The notes under the pieces: generated by a model
What the model was told of the DNA's origin: nothing
Seen by the model: only the letters and a program-made list of their open reading frames with translations
Databases searched by the model: none
NCBI GenBank assembly: GCA_963818965.1
Contig: CAWFUG010000009.1
Location: 98,212-162,211, forward strand
From: an uncultured Verrucomicrobiae bacterium
GTDB taxonomy: Bacteria; Chlamydiota; Chlamydiia; Chlamydiales; Rhabdochlamydiaceae
Length of the DNA: 64,000 nt
Reading direction: 5' to 3'
Translations under genes and position numbers: made by a program
In this document: in pieces, positions 34,914 through 45,277 of the stretch
How the letters are laid out: each line of letters opens with the position of its first letter
Position numbering within the stretch: the first letter of the stretch is position 1

Positions 34914-36779
34914 ATGTCAAAAGTAAGATTAAAAATTTACAATACAGAGACGCGGGAAAAGGAAGAGGTCATCGCGAAAGAGGGCAATCTGATCCGGATG
35001 TACACCTGCGGGCCTACGGTCTATAACTTTGCCCATATCGGCAATTTCCGCACCTATGTCTTTGAAGATCTTTTGCGCCGGACGTTGCAAATTCTTCGGA
35101 TTTGAAGTCATCCAGGCGATGAATCTAACGGATGTCGATGACAAGACGATCAAAGGTGCTCTTGAAGAGAAAGATCTCCCTCGAAGCGTTTACAGAGCCG
35201 CTTCAAGAGAGCTTTTTTCGAAGATCTTCAGACCTTGAACATCGAGCCGTGGAACACTATCCGGCAGCGACCGATTATATTCCCGAAATGATCGAGATCA
35301 TCGAAAAACTCGTGAAAGAAGGAACCGCTTACAAGGCGGCGGATGGCAGCATCTATTTTGCAATCCGCAATTTCCCTCCTATGGCCGACTTATCCCATCT
35401 GCATCTGAGTGAGCTCAAAGAAGGCGCCTCTGAGCGTCTCATCCGATGAGTATGACAAAGAGAATGCGAGCGATTTTGTCCTCTGGAAGGCTTACGATCG
35501 AGAGCGAGACGGGGAGATCTTCTGGGAGAGCCCCTTTGGCACGGGGCCGCCCGGGCTGGCATATCGAATGTTCTGCAATGGCGATGAAGCTCCTCGGCGA
35601 GACAATCGATATCCATGTCGGCGGGGTCGATAACATGTTTCCCCACCATGAAAATGAGATCGCCCAATCGGAAGCTTGCACTTGCTGCCGCTTTGTGCGG
35701 TACTGGATGCATGCAGAGCATCTCCTCGTCGACCACAAAAAAATGTCCAAGAGCCTGGGCAATTTCTTTACCTTGCGCGATCTGCTCGAAAAAGGGTACA
35801 GCGGTAAAGAGGTGCGCTATATGCTCTTACAAACCCACTACCGCACCCAGCTCAATTTCACTTTTACAGGCTTAAGCAGTGTACGCGCCACTTTGGAGCG
35901 GTTGAGCGATTTCATCCGCCGTTTGCAGGCAATTCGGCATGAAAAGATGCATAAAGCGCTCGACATCATTCTAGAGAAAGCCCTCCCTGAGGGCTCGGAC
36001 AAAAACAGATCAGAGAAAGGATCCTCTTTGACATGCAGGCAGAGAAAGCTAAAGATATCTTGGATCCCGCTCTTTTGGAGCCGATCTTAGAGCGCTCTCT
36101 TGCCAAAGTAGAAAAAAAGGGAAGTGTCTTGCAGCGCATTTTAGCAGAAACCAAAGAAGTGAAGGAAAAAGCAGCGTTAAAGGCTGTTTTGGATCGCTCC
36201 CTACTCGATCCTGCAGTCGCCCAAAAAGTCATCAGTCAAGTCGTCCACAAGGTACGCGATGAAAAAAATCGAGACCTACTCGATCCCCTCATCGTAGCGC
36301 CCATCTTGCAAAAGATGCTGTATGAACAACGCACTGAAGACCAAAAAGTCGTCGAAAAAGTCACACGCGATCTCAAGGTAAAAAGAGACCACGGATTCGT
36401 CTTACCGATCATCGAAAAGACGATCCAGGAGTTTGCAATGGCTCTTGGCGATGATTTGAATATCTCTGCTGCTTTAGCAGCCCTTTTCGATATGGTCCGA
36501 GAGGTAAATACCCTGTGCGATCAAGACAAGATCGGGATATCAGAGTCGGAAGATGTTCTCGATTGTCTCAAAAAAATCGATCAGGTCTTAGGCGTGTTGC
36601 CTTTGGAAGCACAAGAAGAGGAGATCCCTATAGAGCTGGTGAATGCGCTGCATCGCCGAGAGGTCGCTCGCGCGGAAAAGAATTGGCAGGTAGCAGATGA
36701 GTGCCGCGCCCTCATTGAGAAGGCCGGATATTTCATCGAAGACACCCCACAGGGTGCAAGACTAAAGAGGCGAGAATGA
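34914..36779 (+). pseudogene. cysS: Cysteinyl-tRNA synthetase interrupted by about 7 single-nucleotide frame shifts (pseudogene or poor local sequence quality)
   Basis: Pieces are spread over three frames: [27 protein letters not shown] | [28 protein letters not shown] | ISLEAFTEPLQESFF | EDLQTLNIEP | VEHYPAATDYIPEMI... | [18 protein letters not shown]...FG | [12 protein letters not shown]...[11 protein letters not shown]...KMSKSLGN... | C-terminal ...DDLNISAALAALFDMVREVN. Confidence 0.85.
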
Positions 36780-37018
36780 CAAAAGATGAATCTTTTCTAT
36801 TAAAACTCTACGAACTCGCTTCTGCACAGGGAGACCTGTCGTTTGCGATCGATCGGTTTGCCATCGGGCGTGCCATCGGCCAGAATGATAAAGGGGCCAA
36901 CGTGATCGCGCGCGACCTAGCGCAGGCCAACTTCGTCAAGAAAGGAGAGGGGGACGCTGTCTACCTCACCGATCATGGCCTCTGGCTCGTCAATAAGCTC
37001 CAAGAAGAATATACTTAG
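36776..37018 (+). CDS. Small hypothetical protein (80 aa)
   Basis: Intact ORF with an ATGA overlap onto the cysS 3' end. I recognised no motif. Confidence 0.45.
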   Translation: MTKDESFLLKLYELASAQGDLSFAIDRFAIGRAIGQNDKGANVIARDLAQANFVKKGEGDAVYLTDHGLWLVNKLQEEYT

Positions 37019-37032
37019 GCTGTTACCGTTGT

Positions 37033-37101
37033 AATTTCACCACAGAGATGGGAAACCACAGAGAGGAAATTTTTAATCTGAATTTCCTCTCTGTGGTGAA
37101 A
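37033..37101. repeat. Palindromic repeat family B copy (right arm lacks one octamer unit)
   Basis: AATTTCACCACAGAGATGGGAAACCACAGAGAGGAAATT...AATTTCCTCTCTGTGGTGAAA, lying between two convergent stop codons with 15 nt on each side. Confidence 0.85.
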
Positions 37102-37115
37102 CGTGCTGTGGTTAT

Positions 37116-38694
<1,579 letters not shown>

Positions 38695-38871
38695 AATGTC
38701 TCAATAATGTAGAATATTGGGGTCATTTTAGGCTCTTTTTCTCAATTGCGCAAGGGGGAAAATTGTCGAGCTTCAGAGTACAGGGGATGGGACAATTTTT
38801 TGAAAGACAGTCATTACTAAATTATATCGATACAAGCTTTGTCGGGGGTTTATCACCCCCTGCTCCCCCGT

Positions 38872-38938
38872 GCCGCATTGCCGGCCCATTTTTTCACCCG
38901 TGCTACGCATCGGATGCAAAAATGGACCGGCAATGCGG
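38872..38938. repeat. Inverted repeat in the lysS upstream region
   Basis: CCGCATTGCCGGCCCATTTTT pairs with AAAAATGGACCGGCAATGCGG (one mismatch). It explains the spurious ORFs 38763..39002 and 38773..38955. Confidence 0.7.
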
Positions 38939-39092
38939 GCGCTTTTGCTGCACATCCACTTCGCAGTTTATGGCCGAGTGCGGAGTGCGGCGTATTCAAT
39001 AAATAGTTAAATATTAGGGTCTTGCGAACAAACGGGGAGTCGGGCTTGATGAGAAAATGCTTTTAGTGGCATAATTGGAGGTTACCATAGGA

Positions 39093-39476
39093 ATGACGAT
39101 GGGAAGTCAAGATCGACAATTGGTATACATTGGTTCCTCTAGGAGAGATGTTTCGAAGTTTCCTCAGGATGTACAGGATCTTTTTTCAGATGCTTTGATG
39201 CTAGCTCTCATTGGGAAAACTCATAGGGATGCAAAACCCTTTAAGCATCATGGAAGCGGTGTATTTGAGGTAACAGGGGATTATCGAAGTAGTACTTTTA
39301 GAGAGATCTACACCGTGCGATATCCTGAGGTTGTTTATGTTATTCATATTTTTCAGAAAAAAAGCAAAAAGGGGAAAGAAACCCCTAAAGAAGACATAGA
39401 GTTAATTGAGAAAAGGCTCAAGTGGGCTGAACAGCTCTACAAGGAGACATATGGCAAAAAAAGTAAGAAAAAGTAA
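39093..39476 (+). CDS. higB: Type II toxin, RelE/HigB superfamily (Gp49/DUF891-like)
   Basis: VYIGSSRRDVSKFPQDVQDLF...KPFKHHGSGVFEV...FREIYTVRYPEVVYVIHIFQKKSKKGKETPKEDIELIEKRLK. The ATG at 39093 is preceded by GGAG. Confidence 0.75.
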   Translation: MTMGSQDRQLVYIGSSRRDVSKFPQDVQDLFSDALMLALIGKTHRDAKPFKHHGSGVFEVTGDYRSSTFREIYTVRYPEVVYVIHIFQKKSKKGKETPKEDIELIEKRLKWAEQLYKETYGKKSKKK

Positions 39477-39825
39477 AAAGTTCGAAGAAATCGAATACGA
39501 GGTTAGCTCTGGGAACGTCTTCCAAGATTTTGGTTATGCAAATCCAGAGGAAGCTAAAGCAAAATGGGATCTTGCCTTTCTAATCAGATCAGTCATAGAG
39601 GATAAAGAGTTAACTCAGGATATGGCTGCTGAATTGATGGGAATAGACCAGCCAAAAGTATCGAAGATCACAAGAGGGATTCTTTCTGAATTTACTATTG
39701 AGCGATTGATGCGCTATTTAGTTGCGTTGGGGATAGACATTGAAATTAAGCCAAAAGAGAAAAAGACTGTAGTCCCTTCAATTCACGTTGGACAAAGCAA
39801 TTTAAGAAGATCCATCAGAGCCTGA
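39451..39825 (+). CDS. higA: XRE-family HTH antitoxin (HigA-like)
   Basis: SSGNVFQDFGYANPEEAKAKWDLAFLIRSVIEDKELTQDMAAELMGIDQPKVSKITRGILSEFTIERLMRYLVALG. It overlaps the toxin 3' end by 26 nt. Confidence 0.75.
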   Translation: MAKKVRKSKKFEEIEYEVSSGNVFQDFGYANPEEAKAKWDLAFLIRSVIEDKELTQDMAAELMGIDQPKVSKITRGILSEFTIERLMRYLVALGIDIEIKPKEKKTVVPSIHVGQSNLRRSIRA

Positions 39826-39863
39826 GCGCAGCTCGGCAGCTCCGTGTCTTTCTCCCCTTTTTG

Positions 39864-39912
39864 TGTGTAATCCAGGCACTCATTGGCTCCCAATGAGTGC
39901 CTGGATTACACA
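39864..39912. terminator. Bidirectional hairpin terminator between convergent genes
   Basis: TGTGTAATCCAGGCACTCATTGG, loop CTC, then CCAATGAGTGCCTGGATTACACA. The 23-bp stem is perfect and lies between the higA stop (39825) and the oxidoreductase stop (39937). Confidence 0.65.
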
Positions 39913-39936
39913 ATTTAGTTGCGTTGGGGTGGGCAG

Positions 39937-40968
39937 CTATGAGGGGAGGCGGAACAGAAAGGCGCTGTCGGCGATGAGCGCGTCCGTTGCCTCTTGCATA
40001 GACTGGTTGAACTGATCGTAGGCAGCTTCTGGATCTTTTTGGACCTCACCCAGGAAGTGTCCGGCGATGGCAGCGCCTGTAAGGGCTGTGTTTGCGCCCA
40101 TGCCTTGGAAAAAACTCGCTGAAGCGGCAGCTTCACCGATGAGAAGAGCAGAGTGGTCTGTGTGGGAAAATGTCTTGGTTTGGGAGAGTTGAATCGGCAC
40201 TTCGGGGAGGATAAAGCAATCGCGTTGTTCTAGGGCGTCAGCTTCTCCATGCCACCCTTGGGAGCGCAGAGCTTCTTGGAGGGGAACCTTTGTCGCGGAA
40301 TCGGGGAACTGGGTAAAGACGACGCTGACGGAGGGGGTTTTGATTCTGCGCACGAATCCACTACCGAGAGAGACAGGGTCGGTGACGTCGATTGCAGGGG
40401 AAGTAGGGTCTTCAGAGCAGTGCACCACGGCGCCTTCTCCTATTGCTGTGCCGAAGATCTGTTTTTCAACTCCTAAGCACTCTCGGACGCGGCTATGGGT
40501 GCCATCGGCTCCGACGATGATGTCGTAAGAAAAATGCTTTGGCCCTTGTGCAGTGGAAATGAGGGCTGTGTGCTCAGGACCAAAATCGACAAATTCCCCT
40601 TGGATCTTTTTGATTCCTAGAGCTTGGACTTTTTGATCGAGTGCGGTTTCTAAGGCGTTGATGGGGATAAGACCGACAGAGAAATCTTCAGTAAGGGACA
40701 TGGTATGGAGGGACGGGGACTCGACCTGCCATTTTTTAAGCAGTTTTAGAGAGCTATCGAGTAGAAGCAGTGTCTGTTCCCTCGAGTAGGCATCCCGTTT
40801 TTCGATGAGCGTGACGTCATAGCCTCTTTCCTTGGCTTCCAAGGCAACGCCGAGACCAGCGGGTCCTCCACCGATGATCAGAAGCGAGGGAGGCAATTGC
40901 TGATCCTGGGCAAATAGAAAGACACAAAGAGAAAGGGAAAGGAGGGTGCCGATGATGCTTCGTTTCAT
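39937..40968 (-). CDS. FAD-dependent oxidoreductase/monooxygenase with signal peptide
   Basis: MKRSIIGTLLSLSLCVFLFAQ (signal); LLIIGGGPAGLGVALEAKERGYDVTLIEKR (dinucleotide-binding GxGxxG plus acidic residue); GADGTHSRVR. Confidence 0.75.
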   Translation of the reverse strand: MKRSIIGTLLSLSLCVFLFAQDQQLPPSLLIIGGGPAGLGVALEAKERGYDVTLIEKRDAYSREQTLLLLDSSLKLLKKWQVESPSLHTMSLTEDFSVGLIPINALETALDQKVQALGIKKIQGEFVDFGPEHTALISTAQGPKHFSYDIIVGADGTHSRVRECLGVEKQIFGTAIGEGAVVHCSEDPTSPAIDVTDPVSLGSGFVRRIKTPSVSVVFTQFPDSATKVPLQEALRSQGWHGEADALEQRDCFILPEVPIQLSQTKTFSHTDHSALLIGEAAASASFFQGMGANTALTGAAIAGHFLGEVQKDPEAAYDQFNQSMQEATDALIADSAFLFRLPS

Positions 40969-41065
40969 TGATGACCTTTTGTTTTAAGGCAAAAAGTCTA
41001 TGACAGAAAGCGCTTTTTCTCATAGAGAAAAAGCGTTTTTAGTGTTAAGTAAAAATTTTCCAAGC

Positions 41066-41932
41066 TTAGATTTTTAAATTTTTGGCAAATGCGTAACTAA
41101 TAAGGGCCATAGATTCGCTATTTTTATAGGCAGTTTCTTGGTGAGAGAGTTCTAATAATTTTTTGCCGCCATCTGTTTTGGTTTTATTCGCTATAAGTTC
41201 TAAAACTTTTTTTTCAGAGTCGCTGAAAATGCTTAAATCTGCGGGTTTGCTCGTTTTAAGAGTGTGCCCTTTTGCTCGAATTAACTCCCCTTCATGAATC
41301 ATGAAATAGATGAGATTTTCATATTGTTGAGGACAAGGACCATACTCTAAATGAGCATATCTCGCACCAGTAATGCTAGTGCCGTATGATTTATAATGCA
41401 AAAAGTCTGCATAAAACAATGCTTTGTTTAAAAACAGGGGGCTAGTGGTGTATTTTATAAGATATCGAACTGCTTGTTTAAAAAGTTCCCAGCTAAAACG
41501 TCGATTCCCACTGTATATGTCGGGAGGATGACTTTTCCAATGAACATTGATAGCACTTAATTCTGCATAGCCTTCATCGCATTTTAGTCTGATGTGTTCA
41601 TCTTGGCCTACATCTTGTACGAAATAAGTTTCCCAACGTTTGATGCTGGCTTCGCCCACCTTTAAATAATTGGCAAATGCTGCTTGTGACATCCCAAATG
41701 AGTTGCGAAAATGGATGATTTCCTCAGAGGTTAACAATCCCTGTTTTTTCCGGTATGCATCTGCGGCAGCCTTTCTCAGTTCGCTCATCTGTTCATCATT
41801 CATAAGATGAGTATGACACTGCATGCAGACCATCGCTGATACGATGACCTCGACTTCCTCTCCTTTAATTTCAGGAGTGAAGCGGCATTTTTTTTCTTCA
41901 AATTTATCCCCGTCGCAATTGAGACACCTCAT
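41066..41932 (-). CDS. Antitoxin candidate: MqsA-like zinc-ribbon and HTH domains fused to a C-terminal Panacea (DUF4065/SocA-like) domain
   Basis: MRCLNCDG...VCMQCHTHLM (CxxC...CxxC), LTSEEIIHFRNSFGMSQAAFANYLKVGEASIKRWE (HTH), then LFLNKALFYADFLHYKSYGTSITGARYAHLEYGPCP (Panacea-like core). Confidence 0.65.
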   Translation of the reverse strand: MRCLNCDGDKFEEKKCRFTPEIKGEEVEVIVSAMVCMQCHTHLMNDEQMSELRKAAADAYRKKQGLLTSEEIIHFRNSFGMSQAAFANYLKVGEASIKRWETYFVQDVGQDEHIRLKCDEGYAELSAINVHWKSHPPDIYSGNRRFSWELFKQAVRYLIKYTTSPLFLNKALFYADFLHYKSYGTSITGARYAHLEYGPCPQQYENLIYFMIHEGELIRAKGHTLKTSKPADLSIFSDSEKKVLELIANKTKTDGGKKLLELSHQETAYKNSESMALISYAFAKNLKI

Positions 41933-42303
41933 GACGACTCCTTACTTTTGTGTAGAGATACGTAATAGTATCTGTTTTCTCTGAGAGCAAATTTAATGTA
42001 CATTTTCTTCCTTAGTTTTTTACTGTCCCAGCAGAAGGCAAAAAGTTCTCGGTTTTCGATGGTTTTCTCGTAGGACTTTTGAGGAGGCTTTCCCCCGGCA
42101 TAATCCCCAGGGCAAATTTCGTCCAAGAGCTCTAGGATTAATTCCCAAACCTGGTTAGGAGATTCTATTTCTAAGTCGTAGAGTTCTCCTGTTGCCTTAT
42201 TGAGATTTGCGTATAAACCATTCTGCTTGATCAAAGCGGCCTTTGCTGCCTTAATCTGTCTATCCAGCTCTCTATCTGTCGGACGGTTACAGATCATTCG
42301 CAT
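41929..42303 (-). CDS. Toxin candidate, MqsR-like
   Basis: 124-aa ORF immediately upstream with an ATGA overlap onto the antitoxin gene. The C-terminal KKMYIKFALRENRYYYVSLHKSK resembles the MqsR C-terminus (QVYLKITVIHDVLIVSFKEK). Toxin-first gene order matches mqsRA. Confidence 0.5.
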   Translation of the reverse strand: MRMICNRPTDRELDRQIKAAKAALIKQNGLYANLNKATGELYDLEIESPNQVWELILELLDEICPGDYAGGKPPQKSYEKTIENRELFAFCWDSKKLRKKMYIKFALRENRYYYVSLHKSKESS

Positions 42304-42312
42304 CCCAGCTCA

Positions 42313-42343
42313 ATTAATAGTATCAAATGATACCGCAAGTCAA
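42313..42343 (-). promoter_or_regulatory. Candidate promoter with an embedded operator-like palindrome for the MqsR-like/PanA operon
   Basis: The minus strand reads TTGACT-18 nt-TATTAA. The spacer contains GTATCATTTGATAC (42320-42333), a 5-bp inverted repeat. Confidence 0.35.
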
Positions 42344-42398
42344 TAGAAATCGGCAAGGTGTATTGTAACACATTGGTAGTTAATTGGTTAATGCAGGT

Positions 42399-44639
42399 CT
42401 AGAAGAAAGTGGTGGTGGGGTCGACGTCGATCAGTGCCCTTAAGCTATTGGCTGAAGTGCCCAGTTCCCTGAGTAGGGGGAGGAGTTGCCCTAAGCCTTC
42501 TGCCTTGATGAGGAATTGAAACCGGTATTCCTCTTTCACTTTGGCGTGGCCGCAGGGGACGACGGGCAGGAGTTCATAGTGAGGGGGGAGGCGCTGGATG
42601 AGGGTGTTCCTCAGGGCTTGAGCGGCCTCGAGGGGGTGGCGAGGGTCCTTGCCCTTGAAGGTAATTTTAACCAGGCGGGTAAAAGGGGGGTAGTGGAAGA
42701 GCTCTCGCGTCTCGATTTCTTGGGCGTAAAACGCTTCGTAATTTTGTTCTTGGGCGAGCGTGATGATCGGATGGTCGGGGAGGTGGGTTTGAAGGAGGAC
42801 CTCTCCTCTGAGTGCGCCTCGGCCCGATCTGCCGGCGACCTGGGTCAGGAGTTGAAAGACGGTTTCACTCGCGCGGAAATCGGGGACTTGTAGGCTGCTG
42901 TCGGCATTGAGGACGCCGACGAGGGTGACCATGGGGAAGTGCAGCCCTTTGGCGATCATCTGGGTACCGATGAGCACGTCGGCTTTTCCTGCGCGAAATT
43001 GCTTGAAGAGGAGCTCATGGCTGCCTTTGTGGCGGGTCGTATCGGCATCGAGTCTTAAAGTGCGGATCTCGGGAAAGATGGCGTGGAGTGCACGTTCGAC
43101 CATCTCCGTTCCTGCTCCCTTAAATTTGATGCTTTCCGTGTGGCATTTAGGGCAACTTTTGGGAGGAGGAGAGAGCCTATAGTCACAGAGGTGGCAGGCG
43201 AGGATGTTTTCTCCGAGATGGAAGGTCAGGTTGGTAGAGCACAGGGGGCACTGGATCGCCTCGCTGCACTTGGGACAAAAGAGAGCAGTGTGGTAACCGC
43301 GCCGGTTCAAGAAGAGGAGAACCTGTTCTCCGACAGCGACTCTCTTTTTTATTCCCTCGAGAAGGAGTTCAGAAAAGAGGGTAAAACCCTTTGATCTCTC
43401 CCATTCTCGCTGCATATCGACGATGCGGATGTCGGGGAGGTGAGCATGATCTGCGCGTGAGTGGAGGGTGCTGAGGGTGTATTTTCCCGTGGAGGCATTT
43501 TTGTAGCTTTCGAGACTCGGCGTCGCACTGCCGAGCAAAACCGTCGCGTGGGCGATTTTTCCACGCATAATCGCGACATCGCGCGCGTGGTAAAGGGGGG
43601 GATCGTCTGATTGTTTGTAAGAGGATTCATGCTCTTCGTCGACGATGATAAGACCTAAGTTCGCGACAGGGCTAAAGACAGAAGAGCGCGCTCCGATGAC
43701 GATCGGCGCGAGTCCATCGCGTAAGCGATGCCAGGCATCGTGCCGCTCTCCTAGAGAGAGACGGTGGTGGAGGATGGCGATCTTCTCAGAAAACCGCCCT
43801 TTGAGCTTTTCAATCATCTGAGAGGTGAGAGCGATCTCCGGGACGAGGAACAACACTCCCTTCTGGCGTTTGAGCGCGTGATCGATCGCTTGAAGGTAAA
43901 CTTCTGTCTTGCCGCTGCCTGTTACGCCGTGGATGAGGCGCACTTCAAAGCGCTCCGCATCGAGAGACTCTTGGATCGCCTGGAGAGCTTTTGCTTGTTC
44001 CTCATTTAAGGTCTTAGGTTTTGTGGGGAAGTACTCCGCGTGGATTAAAAGGGAACGATCGATTTTGCCCTTCTGACAGCAGAGGATTTTTTTCTCGATG
44101 AGAGAGTGAACAGGGCTTTCCGAGCCTTGGGTCAGTTCGATCAATTTGGAAAATAAGAGACCCTTGGGAAATTTGAGCAGGACATCTAACACCTCTGCCT
44201 GAGCGGGGGCTGTTTTTCTGAGCGCGACACACAGCTCACTTAAAGCTTGGGGAGAGAGCGTCGCTTGGATAAATCGCTGCTCTTTCGGTTTTGCTTTCCC
44301 TCGGACACTCGCAGGGAGCATGATTTGGATCACTTTATCCAGTGGTGTGCAGTAGTAATGGGAGATTGCTTTTGCGAGTTGAAAGAGATCGGGTGGTAGA
44401 AAGACCTTTTCTGAGAGAACTTCTCGAATCTTTACCAATTTGGGAAAGGGGCTCGTCTCTTTCAGCTCGATGACGGTCCCTTGCCGCACCGTAGTCCTGA
44501 CGGGCACCTTCACGCGCATACCGACGTGCAGTTTTCCCCTCCAAATATCTGGGATCTCGTAGTCGAAAACGTGTTGGATCGCATCATCGAGGGCGACCAC
44601 GGCGACAGAGAGAGGTGCTATTTCTTGAGTCGTTGACAT
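42399..44639 (-). CDS. priA: Primosomal protein N' (replication restart helicase PriA)
   Basis: Trimmed to the ATG at 44639. GVTGSGKTEVY (Walker A), IIVDEEHESSYKQ (DEEH), and a Cys-rich zinc-binding region CPKCSEAIQCPLCSTNLTFH...CHLCDY...CPKC. Confidence 0.9.
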   Translation of the reverse strand: MSTTQEIAPLSVAVVALDDAIQHVFDYEIPDIWRGKLHVGMRVKVPVRTTVRQGTVIELKETSPFPKLVKIREVLSEKVFLPPDLFQLAKAISHYYCTPLDKVIQIMLPASVRGKAKPKEQRFIQATLSPQALSELCVALRKTAPAQAEVLDVLLKFPKGLLFSKLIELTQGSESPVHSLIEKKILCCQKGKIDRSLLIHAEYFPTKPKTLNEEQAKALQAIQESLDAERFEVRLIHGVTGSGKTEVYLQAIDHALKRQKGVLFLVPEIALTSQMIEKLKGRFSEKIAILHHRLSLGERHDAWHRLRDGLAPIVIGARSSVFSPVANLGLIIVDEEHESSYKQSDDPPLYHARDVAIMRGKIAHATVLLGSATPSLESYKNASTGKYTLSTLHSRADHAHLPDIRIVDMQREWERSKGFTLFSELLLEGIKKRVAVGEQVLLFLNRRGYHTALFCPKCSEAIQCPLCSTNLTFHLGENILACHLCDYRLSPPPKSCPKCHTESIKFKGAGTEMVERALHAIFPEIRTLRLDADTTRHKGSHELLFKQFRAGKADVLIGTQMIAKGLHFPMVTLVGVLNADSSLQVPDFRASETVFQLLTQVAGRSGRGALRGEVLLQTHLPDHPIITLAQEQNYEAFYAQEIETRELFHYPPFTRLVKITFKGKDPRHPLEAAQALRNTLIQRLPPHYELLPVVPCGHAKVKEEYRFQFLIKAEGLGQLLPLLRELGTSANSLRALIDVDPTTTFF

Positions 44640-45277
44640 ACTGATTTCCAGAGCAGGCTCTTTTGCATCGCATCTTCGTAATGAGAAACAGGGGAGAGGA
44701 GGATGAAGGGGGTCTCGGGTAAAGGGGGAAAAGAGGAGATTTGATCGGTTGCGAGAATGAGTTCGAACCGATTCTTTTGAAAAAACAGATCCCATTGCTC
44801 CTCTTTCTCGAGTTTTAGCGCTGAGAGAATTTTGACCGGTCTCAATCTCTCATCGATGGCCCTGGCTAAGTTCTTGACAAAGTCCAAGGTCTCCGTACTC
44901 GCATCACACAGTAAGATGAGCACTTGAGAGTTGAGGGACTTGTCTTCTAGAACGGTGTCGTGCAGAGCGAGGTGGGGGGCGATTTTTTGGAGCTTCTTTC
45001 TGATGAGGGGGTCTTCGAGGTTTTTAGGAGCGGGGGAGGGTTCTAGTGGTTCTTGTGCCTTAACGGATGTAGGAGGGATGGGTTTGAAGGTCTGGGGTCT
45101 TGGCAGAGAGGGAAAGGGTTTTTGGGGAAGCGCTTCTTGTGGCGCCACGTTTTCTTTCTGAGCCGATAGAAAAAAAGCGGTTTCTTCCTCTGTACAGAGG
45201 TAAGGGGCGTTGGGGGTAAGCGGATCCCTCGCATACTTTAATGTGTCTCGAATGAGTTGAAAAACTGCTGCGCGCAT
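44618..45277 (-). CDS. Hypothetical protein (219 aa)
   Basis: Intact ORF. Its stop overlaps the priA start region and its start overlaps the upstream stop (TAATG). I recognised no motif. Confidence 0.5.
   Translation of the reverse strand: MRAAVFQLIRDTLKYARDPLTPNAPYLCTEEETAFFLSAQKENVAPQEALPQKPFPSLPRPQTFKPIPPTSVKAQEPLEPSPAPKNLEDPLIRKKLQKIAPHLALHDTVLEDKSLNSQVLILLCDASTETLDFVKNLARAIDERLRPVKILSALKLEKEEQWDLFFQKNRFELILATDQISSFPPLPETPFILLSPVSHYEDAMQKSLLWKSVCQRLKK

Noticed and set aside
38763-39002. ORFs 38763..39002 (+) and 38773..38955 (-) upstream of lysS
   Set aside because: They are mirror-image ORFs generated by the 38872-38938 inverted repeat, and have no SD or motif.
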